The notes under the pieces were generated by a model. That model had not been told where the DNA came from, did no database searches, and was given only the letters and a program-made list of their open reading frames with translations. Positions 1-12,329 of a stretch of 46,387 nt of DNA are shown one piece after another. Positions within the stretch are counted from its first letter, which is position 1. Every line of letters starts with the position of its first letter. The DNA comes from Proteromonas lacertae (taxonomy: Eukaryota): the NCBI GenBank assembly GCA_002245135.1, contig NGBS01000624.1:1-46387 (forward strand). Direction: 5' to 3'. Position numbers and translations under genes: made by a program.

Positions 1-3000
1 CATAAATCATATATAATCGATAATTTGAAAAGACTAAATATGAATGATAAAAATGATAAAGATATTCTTGCAAATGCGTTATATGATAATGGATATATCC
101 CAGAGAATAAAAAGAAAGAGATAATAGATAGTATGGATAAAGAAAAAGAATAATGTGTGAGAGTTATGTATGATATTAATATTTATATAATTTTATAGTT
201 TTTGATTAATGAACTTTATCGTAGGGGATATAATGAGATAAATGAAATATATGGTAAACTTAAAGATAGATATTTAGATGTTATTAATAGTGATACAAAA
301 TACTTATAATAAATTGATAAATGATATTAATAAATTGAAAAATAAAAACCAACAATTGGAAAATAAAAATCAACCAAAGAATAGTAAAAGCAAAAAAGAA
401 ACTAGTGGTTCATCAAATGAAACATTAACTGAAGAAATTGAGAAATTGGAAAAAGAAATTGAGAAATGGAAAGAAGAAATTCGTGATTTAAATGAACTTA
501 ATAAGAAGAATAAAGAAATAATAGAAAAAATAAAAGAAGCAAAAAATGATAATATAGATGAAAAAGAGTCTCCCATTAAAAGAAAAAGAAATAGCAATAA
601 AGAAGTTGAAGAAGAGAATATAGAGGAAGATAAGGAAGCAGAAGATGAAGGAAATGAAGGAAATGATCAAGAAGATAAAGCAATAAAGAAGCAGAAGATG
701 AAGATAAACCAAATAAAAAGATTAAAACTATTGAAAATAATGAAGTGAATAATAATAATAATAATATTCCATCGAATGGAAATGGTGATAAACCACAGAA
801 AACAAAAGGTAGTGATATCGAATCATCAATCCCTTATAAAAGAAATAAACTTACTGATGATAAAGTTGTTAAAGAATTAACAGAGAAAAAGAAATTGTTA
901 TTGATGACAGAATATTACATGACTTAGATGATTATTTGATTGATGTAATATACCATGATAAGAAAAATAATAAAGAAAAAAAAGAGATGAAGAATGATAT
1001 TATTACTGTATATATATTATTGTATTATTATTATAGTCAATTAAAGAAGAAATAGATACACCAATAATTGATAATAATGTTATTATTGATAAGTTAGGAG
1101 AATGTAATCCAATATTTAATATTGTGTTTATTACATACAATCACAATGAAGTAACATCATCACTTGAAGAAGGTGAAACTGATTTTGGACATTATGGAAT
1201 ATTTAAAGATAAAATAATAGAAGAAATGAAGAAAACTTACAAATGGGATGAAATGAAATCAAATGATAAAAAGAATGAGATGAAATCAAATGCTACAGGA
1301 AATGAACAAAATCAAATTCCACAGAAAGTGAAATAAGTTCTGCTGGTAAAACAAAAGAAACTGATAAATTCAAAAAATTAATAATGTCAATAAAATCGAA
1401 AAGATTAAGATTTTGTACTTATAACATGTCTGATGAATTAAATGACTATTCAGTCTTCCAAAAGAATGTAGAAACATTACATATAGTTTTAGAAAATAGA
1501 AATGAAACTACAAATTTCATACTTACAGAATGTAGAAACCCATCAGTAAATATAATACCTTGTGAAATTGAAGAAAAAAAGATAGATTGTGATTATAGAA
1601 TATGTGAAAAGATTATAAATAGAAAAAGTGAACAAACTAAAACTGAAGATAATTCAAATGATTATATTGATATTAAATGGAAAAATCTGAATAATGAGTT
1701 TGTAATGGATGATAAAAATTCAGTAGTAGAAAAATTTAATCAATATCTAACAAAGAATGATATAGAATCAGCAAAAAATAATTTTGAAATGATAAAGGAA
1801 AATATATCTACTTATATTAAAAATCGCTCAAGTATATATATATATACATATATAATTATTATATAAATAATAGTGACTAACTCTTTATGTAAAGTATTTG
1901 GAAAATTAAGTCCAAAATACAATGATAGTGATAAAACTATAAAAATTTATTGTGATATATATCAATATCCTAATAGAATAGTTTATGTTAGAGATGTTTA
2001 TAAGAAAATATGGAATGAATTACAGAAAGATATTTCATATTATAGAAATAATCCAGATAAAAAATTAAGAATTCTATTGAGAGGAAATCCAGGATGTGGT
2101 AAAACTTCATTTGTTATCTATTTAATAAATCGAATTATTGAATTAAATGAAAAATTGAAAGGCAAAAAGATTAGTGTATGTGTTCTTAAAGCGAAAACAA
2201 AAGATGATAAAATAGTTTGTGATGAATACTATTTAAAAGGTAAGGAAATGCTACATGATATAAAAAACAAAAAATAGAATTTGATATTGTGATATGTGAT
2301 TCTTATGATGTCGGAAAGGATGATCCTAAAGGTCGTATTTATTTATATGTCACTTCGCCAGATTCTAAGAATTATGAATCATTTACAAAATTTGCTAATG
2401 ATGATGAGAATAGAGCAAAAAAGTATTTCTTTATGGATATATTTAGTGGAAAAGAAATTAAAGAATGGAAAGAAAAATGTTTACCAACTGAACTGCAAGA
2501 ATCAATAGAAAAAAATGAGTTTAATAGTAGATATGGAAATGTTCCAAGACATATCTATTATGCTGCAATATATGATGTTTGTTATGGTAAAGATTATTGG
2601 GATAAAATATATTCAAAAGGTATAAAAAGAATAGTAGGTAAACTTGGTTATATGAAATTTCTAAAAACATATTATATCCATGTAAGTCATATGAAGAAAA
2701 TGAGAATTTAGTAAAAAGAACAACAACATTTGATAGTACATTATGTCATTATATAGTGAAGTATTCTATTCCATATAAAGACAGAGTGAATGAAATCAAA
2801 TATTATGATAGAATTAATGAACATGAGATGGAATTCATATCAGATGAAGTATTCGATTATATTTATGATTGTGTTAAACATAAAGCTGTAGAAGATGATG
2901 TTAAGAATATGCAGGAACAATTTAGTGACTTATATCAGAATAAAGTGAAAAATGAATTTATGTTATATTTATTCAAAGAGTTAGTATGGTATAACTGTTT

Positions 3001-3559
3001 GTATCATGGTAATAAGATAACTCTTGATGATAGTGTATTAGTTGAAGAGATTGAAAATAATATATTAGAAGTATTTATGAATCTGTTTGATGGTGATATC
3101 TATTGTAGTAATGATAATAAATACTGCTTAGTTCATTTAGCAACATTGAAGAATAGAGAAATGATTTACTTATTGAATAACTGTTTTATTCATGTAATAA
3201 ATGATCAACGAGAAGTATTGGATTGTGATGATCAAATAAAAGAATGTATATGTGGTTTGCAACAAATGGTGAACTTTAAAAGAATGTATTATATTACAGT
3301 ATCCAATAATAAATCGCCTGAATCTTCATCTGAATCCTCACCTTTTATATCAAAAGTATTAGTTTCACATTATATTGGTAAAACAACCATCGAAAATGCA
3401 AATATTACCTATTGTAATTCAAAATTTGAAGGTTTAGTATATGGAAGTGATTTCAAGATAGAAAAATCAAAAGATGTAACTGTAAAGTTTGATATAGAAA
3501 AGAAGAATAATAAAAAGAAAAAGAATATAAAAAGACTAAAAGCATTTGGATTGGTTTGA
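1..3559 (+). pseudogene. 3' part of the CR-NTPase effector gene, upstream tandem copy; frameshifted as assembled
   Basis: Same exons and introns as 6765-10325, with Walker A GNPGCGKT and YGNVPR. Several 1-2 nt indels, mostly in homopolymers, may be consensus errors. Confidence 0.7.
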
Positions 3560-4152
3560 ATGAGAAATATCATCATCTTATTTTCAAATATAAATTGTTT
3601 TGTTAGGAATTGTTTTTCAGGGATAAGTTACATCAAACCATTACAAGATTTAGCAAATTCATTTATACTCTATTTAAGAAAATATATGAAAAAATAATTT
3701 ATAACACAAATAGAAAAAATGAAAGAAATAAAGGAAAAGATTTTATTGTTAATACTAAAACACCGATTTGTGCAACAGCTAATAATAAAAAAATGGAAGA
3801 AAAACAAAATGAATTATTGACAAGTAATGAAGTTAATGTAAAGAAACCTAAATTTGGATGAGGAAATGCTGATTAAGAGAAATAATAATACTAAAACATC
3901 TTTCGATTGATTATATTTCTTCATACTATTCTATTTATGTTATTTTCAATAGAAAGGGTTTAATTTTAAAGTAATGGTTAGGTTTAGTATATTGCAAAAC
4001 AACAACTTCATTTGCAGCAAATGGATCATTAGAAAAAGAAATAAAAGGCTTGAGAGTTGCAAGCCAAACTTCCAAAGCAGAATTAATTGATAATGTTTGG
4101 ACGATTGTAACAGCAGAAAAACCAACAGAACATGTAAAAGAATACATTCCAA
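1..4152 (+). repeat. Tandem segmental duplication, copy 1 (5' end lies outside the window)
   Basis: Position 1 (cataaatcatatataatcg) matches 6765. Near-identity continues to gaatacattccaa at 4152/10919. Period is about 6764 bp. Confidence 0.97.
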
Positions 4153-4719
4153 TGGATCCTGAAACCATGTTGAAGATGATAAGAAGATCAGCTTACAGTA
4201 GAAGTGATCGAGGTGGTAGAGGCTTGTGTCGTGCATTAGAAGTAATGGATGAACATCACAGAGACAGATTACAATTGGAAGACTTACAATTCGCATTAAG
4301 AGATGTAGGAATGAGATTTGAGAGATATGAAGTAGATATATTGATGAATGGATTTAAGCGAGAAGCTGATGGTACAATATCGTTGAATGAATTTATTGAA
4401 GCGTTAGTTCCTCCAATGCAAGAAAATCGATATAATGTAGTAATGGATATATTCCACATGTTAGATAATGAAAAGAACGGCGAACTAATGTCTTAAGTTA
4501 ATTGTGCCATTATATGATGTAAATAGTCATCCAACAATAAGAGAAGCTAAACTAACACAAGAACAAGCATTAGATCAATTCATTAATCATTTTCGATATA
4601 CAATAAAACCTGGATTTATAAGTATGAATGAATTTTTAGATTATTATTTGCTGTTAAGTTCAATGTATGAAAGTGATGAAGACTTTGAGACTTTAGTAAG
4701 AAGTAATTGGAGAATCTGA
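4050..4719 (+). pseudogene. Calcyphosin-like EF-hand protein, disrupted near 4494-4503
   Basis: RGLCRALEVMD, DGTISLNEFI, FHMLDNEKNG, YDVNSHP, ISMNEFLDYY and FETLVRSNW follow the calcyphosin/CAPSL pattern. Upstream exons are degenerate. The second copy is truncated at 10919. Confidence 0.75.
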
Positions 4720-4757
4720 TTATTTCAATAATAAATTTTATATATATTATCATTATT

Positions 4758-4765
4758 TGTTTGTT
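4758..4765 (+). promoter_or_regulatory. TGTTTGTT putative 3'-end processing motif
   Basis: Exact motif about 40 nt downstream of the EF-hand stop codon. TGTTTGTT is the known Blastocystis polyadenylation-associated motif. Confidence 0.45.
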
Positions 4766-5065
4766 GGTCATGAAATATTGTATAGTTAGTTTTCTGTTAA
4801 TCATTAATTTTCAAAATTTCCATCATTTTTAAGGCTCATTGTGATTAATATATTTACTCTTTGTAATACCAGTTATACAGAGAGATTATTGGTAATTACA
4901 TTTCAAATATCATTAATTAGTGGATGATGTGAATTTTGTCAAGTAACACATCAGATGGATGAATGAAATTGATTACATATAATAATGCTTAATATTTACT
5001 TTATGACATGTATATTACATGTAATTGACAAGTTTATAACTATACATTTCATTTGATAATTATAG

Positions 5066-8000
5066 ATATTGAAGAGTATAGTTATTACATTTTATTTAAT
5101 CTTATGGATTTCAATTATGTGATAAGGTATGGCAATATTGATAAGATTGAGTTGATGAAAAAGTGAAAATGAAGAAATAGTGTATTATTTAAACTATTAT
5201 CCTCAGATAAATAATACTTCTTGTTGTTATTTTATCTTAGTGAGAGATTGTTATGTAAATATTTATAACAGTATTAAAGATGTAGTAAAGAAAATCAAAA
5301 TAAAGGTAAGAATGAAGGTGATGGTAAGAAGAATGGTGAAGATGATAACAATGGTGAAGATGGGAATAATGGTGTTGGTGAGAATCAAAGTAAAGATGAG
5401 TATAGTGGTGAAGATGGAATCAAAGTAAAGACAAGAATAAAAATAAATATAAGAATCATCAGAATTGCTTTTTAATCTACGGCAATGAAGGTTTGGGTAA
5501 AACTACATTGTGTTTTTTTTTGTCGTATTGTCTTAATAATGATGATGATTTTGATGAATATAACATAGTAGTATATGGTGTAAGTGATACAGATAACATA
5601 TATCATTTTAGATTAGCAAATACTCATAAATTTGAAGAAAATATCTATATATGCCAGATTTAAAAGGTAAAACAATAGTTATAAGCGATAATGAACAGAT
5701 TCATGAAGATGATTTCAGTGATGATAATGTAATAATTATGATAAGTTCTCCAAAAGCAGAAAAATATAAGATTATGGCAAATAAGAGATGTACAATCCAA
5801 TTCTACATACCTCAATTCAATGAAAAGAATTAAAGATTATAATAAATCAAAAGAGAAATTAGATGATGATAAGAAAAAGAAAATATTAAATGATGCAGTT
5901 ATATATGGAGGCAACTTAGATATTAATTGTTCATTGAAAGAGTTATGTAAAAATTGTGAAAGGGAATTACCATTATATATTCCACCAAATTATGAAGAAC
6001 AGTTGTTTATATATGATACCAATCAATTTAATGTAATACCTGACACCTTGAGATATTTATCAACAGAAATGGAAAAATATATACTTGCAAATTGCTTTTA
6101 CAAAATAGTGGATTATAAAAGATTATATGAAGTATTTGAAAATGATTTATTGAATAAAAAAGATCCATGGATATTCGAAAGAATGTGTCACATTATATTC
6201 GAAGATAATGGTTATACAGGTTATAATTTAGATAAAAAAGAATTTCCATTTGATTTACCTGAACATACATTAATTTATATTGAAATGGATAAATTCCTTG
6301 ATTATCTTGATAATGGTGATAAATATAAGATTAAAAACCGAAAAATTAATGAAGTAACACTTGTGAGTGGTAAAATTAAAGATAAAAGTAATACTGAAAT
6401 AAAAAGTATAACAGAAGGAATAGTTGAAATAACATATAATAATGTAAGAGGAAAATATGATAGGATTGTTGATTGTGAAATAACAGGATTGACAATATCA
6501 AATGCAAAGATAGAAGGTGATAGAATTAGTGGTGTAATAAAAGATGGTTTAATATCAGAAGGAGTTATATTTGATGGTATTTATGTGGATTTTGGAAGAA
6601 TAATTAATTTTCCAGCAATAGATTCATGTATTATTAACAAATACAGTATTACTGGATTACAAATGACAATTTCTAATAATCATCCAACTAAGAATACTGT
6701 AATAGCATTTCTAAATGTATATATTATTATTATTATTATTATTGTATAGATGTTATATAGATATCATAAATCATATATAATCGATAATTTGAAAAGACTA
6801 AATATGAATGATAAAAATGATAAAGATATTCTTGCAAATGCGTTATATGATAATGGATATATCCCAGAGAATAAAAAGAAAGAGATAATAGATAGTATGG
6901 ATAAAGAAAAGAGAATAATGTGTGAGAGTTATGTATGATATTAATATTTATATAATTTTATAGTTTTTGATTAATGAACTTTATCGTAGGGGATATAATG
7001 AGATAAATGAAATATATGGTAAACTTAAAGATAGATATTTAGATGTTATTAATAGTGATACAAATACTTATAATAAATTGATAAATGATATTAATAAATT
7101 GAAAAATAAAAACCAACAATTGGAAAATAAAAATCAACCAAAGAATAGTAAAAGCAAAAAAGAAACTAGTGGTTCATCAAATGAAACATTAACTGAAGAA
7201 ATTGAGAAATTGGAAAAAGAAATTGAGAAATGGAAAGAAGAAATTCGTGATTTAAATGAACTTAATAAGAAGAATAAAGAAATAATAGAAAAAATAAAAG
7301 AAGCAAAAAATGATAATATAGATGAAAAAGAGTCTCCCATTAAAAGAAAAAGAAATAGCAATAAAGAAGTTGAAGAAGAGAATATAGAGGAAGATAAGGA
7401 AGCAGAAGATGAAGGAAATGAAGGAAATGATCAAGAAGATAAAAGCAATAAAGAAGCAGAAGATGAAGATAAACCAAATAAAAAGATTAAAACTATTGAA
7501 AATAATGAAGTGAATAATAATAATAATAATATTCCATCGAATGGAAATGGTGATAAACCACAGAAAACAAAAGGTAGTGATATCGAATCATCAATCCCTT
7601 ATAAAAGAAATAAACTTACTGATGATAAAGTTGTTAAAGAATTAACAGAGAAAAAAGAAATTGTTATTGATGACAGAATATTACATGACTTAGATGATTA
7701 TTTGATTGATGTAATATACCATGATAAGAAAAATAATAAAGAAAAAAAAGAGATGAAGAATGATATTATTACTGTATATATATTATTGTATTATTATTAT
7801 AGTCAATTAAAGAAGAAATAGATACACCAATAATTGATAATAATGTTATTATTGATAAGTTAGGAGAATGTAATCCAATATTTAATATTGTGTTTATTAC
7901 ATACAATCACAATGAAGTAACATCATCACTTGAAGAAGGTGAAACTGATTTTGGACATTATGGAATATTTAAAGATAAAATAATAGAAGAAATGAAGAAA

Positions 8001-10325
8001 ACTTACAAATGGGATGAAATGAAATCAAATGATAAAAAGAATGAGATGAAATCAAATGCTACAGGAAATGAACAAAAATCAAATTCCACAGAAAGTGAAA
8101 TAAGTTCTGCTGGTAAAACAAAAGAAACTGATAAATTCAAAAAATTAATAATGTCAATAAAATCGAAAAGATTAAGATTTTGTACTTATAACATGTCTGA
8201 TGAATTAAATGACTATTCAGTCTTCCAAAAGAATGTAGAAACATTACATATAGTTTTAGAAAATAGAAATGAAACTACAAATTTCATACTTACAGAATGT
8301 AGAAACCCATCAGTAAATATAATACCTTGTGAAATTGAAGAAAAAAAGATAGATTGTGATTATAGAATATGTGAAAAGATTATAAATAGAAAAATTGAAC
8401 AAACTAAAACTGAAGATAATTCAAATGATTCTATTGATATTAAATGGAAAAATCTGAATAATGAGTTTGTAATGGATGATAAAAATTCAGTAGTAGAAAA
8501 ATTTAATCAATATCTAACAAAGAATGATATAGAATCAGCAAAAAATAATTTTGAAATGATAAAGGAAAATATATCTACTTATATTAAAAATCGCTCAAGT
8601 ATATATATATATACATATATAATTATTATATAAATAATAGTGACTAACTCTTTATGTAAAGTATTTGGAAAATTAAGTCCAAAATACAATGATAGTGATA
8701 AAACTATAAAAATTTATTGTGATATATATCAATATCCTAATAGAATAGTTTATGTTAGAGATGTTTATAAGAAAATATGGAATGAATTACAGAAAGATAT
8801 TTCATATTATAGAAATAATCCAGATAAAAAATTAAGAATTCTATTGAGAGGAAATCCAGGATGTGGTAAAACTTCATTTGTTATCTATTTAATAAATCGA
8901 ATTATTGAATTAAATGAAAAATTGAAAGGCAAAAAGATTAGTGTATGTGTTCTTAAAGCGAAAACAAAAGATGATAAAATAGTTTGTGATGAATACTATT
9001 TAAAAGGTAAGGAAATGCTACATGATATAAAAAAACAAAAAATAGAATTTGATATTGTGATATGTGATTCTTATGATGTCGGAAAGGATGATCCTAAAGG
9101 TCGTATTTATTTATATGTCACTTCGCCAGATTCTAAGAATTATGAATCATTTACAAAATTTGCTAATGATGATGAGAATAGAGCAAAAAAGTATTTCTTT
9201 ATGGATATATTTAGTGGAAAAGAAATTAAAGAATGGAAAGAAAAATGTTTACCAACTGAACTGCAAGAATCAATAGAAAAAAATGAGTTTAATAGTAGAT
9301 ATGGAAATGTTCCAAGACATATCTATTATGCTGCAATATATGATGTTTGTTATGGTAAAGATTATTGGGATAAAATATATTCAAAAGGTATAAAAAGAAT
9401 AGTAGGTAAACTTGGTTATATGAAATTTCTAAAAACATATTTATATCCATGTAAGTCATATGAAGAAAATGAGAATTTAGTAAAAAGAACAACAACATTT
9501 GATAGTACATTATGTCATTATATAGTGAAGTATTCTATTCCCTATGTAGATGAGAATAAAATCAAATGTTATGATAGAATTAATGAACATGAGATGGAAT
9601 TCATATCAGATGAAGTATTCGATTATATTTATGATTGTGTTAAACATAAAGCTGTAGAAGATGATGTTAAGAATATGCAAGAACAATTTAGTGACTTATA
9701 TCAGAATAAAGTGAAAAATGAATTTATGTTATATTTATTCAAAGAGTTAGTATGGTATAACTGTTTGTATCATGGTAATAAGATAACTCTTGATGATAGT
9801 GTATTAGTTGAAGAGATTGAAAATAATATATTAGAAGTATTTATGAATCTGTTTGATGGTGATATCTATTGTAGTAATGATAATAAATACTGCTTAGTTC
9901 ATTTAGCAACATTGAAGAATAGAGAAATGATTTACTTATTGAATAACTGTTTTATTCATGTAATAAATGATCAACGAGAAGTATTGGATTGTGATGATCA
10001 AATAAAAGAATGTATATGTGGTTTGCAACAAATGGTGAACTTTAAAAGAATGTATTATATTACAGTATCCAATAATAAATCGCCTGAATCTTCATCTGAA
10101 TCCTCACCTTTTATATCAAAAGTATTAGTTTCACATTATATTGGTAAAACAACCATCGAAAATGCAAATATTACCTATTGTAATTCAAAATTTGAAGGTT
10201 TAGTATATGGAAGTGATTTCAAGATAGAAAAATCAAAAGATGTAACTGTAAAGTTTGATATAGAAAAGAAGAATAATAAAAAGAAAAAGAATATAAAAAG
10301 ACTAAAAGCATTTGGATTGGTTTGA
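5066..10325 (+). CDS. Crinkler/RHS-type effector: CR-NTPase + PD-(D/E)xK REase + charged coiled coil + second CR-NTPase (multi-exon; 5' end uncertain and frameshifted as assembled)
   Basis: NTPase 1: ILVRDCY, YGNEGLGKTT (~5478), IVISD, ISSP, YGGN, WIFERMCH. REase: NFPAIDS..GLQMTISNNHP (6606-6686). NTPase 2: VYVRDVY, GNPGCGKTS (8850), VICDS, VTSP, YGNVPR. Frame-restoring introns at 6717-6749, 6933-6963, 7774-7802 and 8599-8640. Confidence 0.8.
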
Positions 10326-10919
10326 ATGAGAAATATCATCATCTTATTTTCAAATATAAATTGTTTTGTTAGGAATTGTTTTTCAGGGATAAGTTACATC
10401 AAACCATTACAAGATTTAGCAAATTCATTTATACTCTATTTAAGAAAATATATGAAAAAATAATTTATAACACAAATAGAAAAAATGAAAGAAATAAAGG
10501 AAAAGATTTTATTGTTAATACTAAAACACCGATTTGTGCAACAGCTAATAATAAAAAAATGGAAGAAAAACAAAAATGAATTATTGACAAGTAATGAAGT
10601 TAATGTAAAGAAACCTAAATTTGGATGAGGAAATGCTGATTAAGAGAAATAATAATACTAAAACATCTTTCGATTGATTATATTTCTTCATACTATTCTA
10701 TTTATGTTATTTTCAATAGAAAGGGTTTAATTTTAAAGTAATGGTTAGGTTTAGTATATTGCAAAACAACAACTTCATTTGCAGCAAATGGATCATTAGA
10801 AAAAGAAATAAAAGGCTTGAGAGTTGCAAGCCAAACTTCCAAAGCAGAATTAATTGATAATGTTTGGACGATTGTAACAGCAGAAAAACCAACAGAACAT
10901 GTAAAAGAATACATTCCAA
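6765..10919 (+). repeat. Tandem segmental duplication, copy 2
   Basis: Near-identical to 1-4152 but with real substitutions (SIPYVDENKIKC vs SIPYKDRVNEIKY; RKIEQ vs RKSEQ). Confidence 0.97.
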
Positions 10920-10937
10920 ATATAATATAAATGCATG

Positions 10938-11158
10938 AAATCCTCTTTTATAGAGGATCCTCTTCTAAAAGAGGATTTTTAAATCCTCTCTGAAAGAGGA
11001 AAGAGGAAATATAAATTTTATAAAATCCTCTTATTGAAAAAGATGACAAATTAAAAATCCTCCATGCTAAACATAATATTATTGAAAAAATTAGAAATCT
11101 CTAATGATCAATTATTAAAAATTCTTCCTCCAATATGATACCATCATACTAGAGGATT
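10938..11158. repeat. Cluster of ATCCTCT-N5/6-AGAGGA(T) inverted motifs (chained hairpins)
   Basis: Hairpins at 10940-10958, 10957-10976 and 10983-11000, plus further TCCTC/AGAGGA half-sites up to about 11157. Confidence 0.8.
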
Positions 11159-11272
11159 ATAATTTTTTATGGGGGGGATGAAGGCGGGGTTGAGGACTAG
11201 ACTATAGTATAGACTAGAATAGACTAAAACAAAAATAAAAATATAGAACCAGTATATAATATTAGAGTAAAT

Positions 11273-11458
11273 CTAATTATTGTATCCATAAGGAACTGTT
11301 TCATAATCATCATCAAAGTATCTTTTATCATCAAAATATGTAAGTCCTATTTTTTCTTCATAAGCAGTATAGATATGATGATTTCTACTTCTAATATGAT
11401 TAATACCAAACTTCTGTTTAGAAACATATCCATCAAAATATGCAAGGTTTATTTTATA
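11273..11458 (-). mobile_element. Remnant C-terminus of a Polinton/Maverick-type family B DNA polymerase
   Basis: Manual minus-strand translation: YKINLAYFDGYVSKQKFGINHIRSRNHHIYTAYEEKIGLTYFDDKRYFDDDYETVPYGYNN*. This matches the IRSxxHxxYTxxxxKxxLxxxDDKRY..TxPYG terminal signature. Confidence 0.8.
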
Positions 11459-11536
11459 TTATGAAGTATAATAGATAAATTAATTTATATATATATATGC
11501 ATATATAATACTTAAGTGTATTCCGCCGATAGACGG

Positions 11537-11586
11537 TTGTCGACAGATGTCGACAAACAAAAGGGTCAATAGGGTCAATAGGGTCA
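11537..11586. repeat. Palindrome TTGTCGACA-GA-TGTCGACAA followed by (AGGGTCAAT)x~3
   Basis: Read directly. It forms a GC-rich island in an AT-rich background. Confidence 0.85.
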
Positions 11587-11659
11587 CACGCTTCTTCTAT
11601 ATCTCATTTTTTCATTTTGCCTTCGCTTGATGATTTTATGTTATTTATTAAAAATATAG

Positions 11660-11825
11660 AACAAAATGAAATTGTTTATAACAAAACTCATTGAATGAAG
11701 TGATAAAAGGAATTGGAGGTTTAGATTATAATAATTGGAGAAAATTCGTATTTCATAAGACAAGTTGTTAAAGTAGTGGTTTTATTGATGGTGATTTGAT
11801 TTGTAAATATAATGAGATTGAATAA
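11660..11825 (+). pseudogene. DDB1-like C-terminal (CPSF_A domain) fragment
   Basis: LNEVIKGIGGLDYNNWRKF..*SSGFIDGDLI matches the DDB1 C-terminus and contains an in-frame stop. Confidence 0.7.
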
Positions 11826-12140
11826 AGATTTACCTGAGTAGGAACATCAGAATTTATCAAATTTATCTCAATATATTGATGCTTTGAACAGATTATTCTA
11901 AGATATTGTGATAATTATTGAATGATTAAAATAACAAATAATTATTTTAGTCATGTGATTATTCTAATGAAGTTAGAAATGGATTTTATATAAAATAAAT
12001 CAAACCATTTCTAAATTGCTATATACACATGACTGGATATTCTTATACTATAGATAATCATATTTATAATTTAAAAGGAGTTATTTGTTATAGAAGTATT
12101 AAAACTAATACGTATTTCATTTGTTATTTGTTGGAGAGAT

Positions 12141-12196
12141 TTGATTGGTTGAAATACAGCCATTTGATTGGTTACACTTGGAGTGATTTGATTGGC
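12141..12196 (-). promoter_or_regulatory. Three TTGATTGG (inverted CCAAT box) motifs upstream of the effector gene
   Basis: TTGATTGG at about 12141, 12164 and 12188, upstream of a probable 5'UTR intron (12278-12318) and the ATG at 12330. Confidence 0.5.
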
Positions 12197-12329
12197 TATT
12201 CTATCAAATTATAATTCTTTATATCTCAGTTATTCAGCCCTTTTAAACCGTTATTATATATTATTAGAAGTTTTGAAGTATAAATATATATATATATTTA
12301 TACATAATAATAGTATAGGTTCATTATCA

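Noticed and set aside
370..712. Hydrophobic antisense ORFs (also 7134-7434, 21301-21690 and similar)
   Set aside because: They are shadows of A-rich Lys/Glu/Asn coding sequence on the opposite strand.
140..5830. Programmed frameshifting or true pseudogenisation of the first effector copies
   Set aside because: Most indels are single bases in homopolymers, typical of long-read consensus error in repeats. This cannot be decided without reads.
10938..11590. CRISPR-like array
   Set aside because: The repeats are 6-9 bp without regular unique spacers, and the context is eukaryotic.
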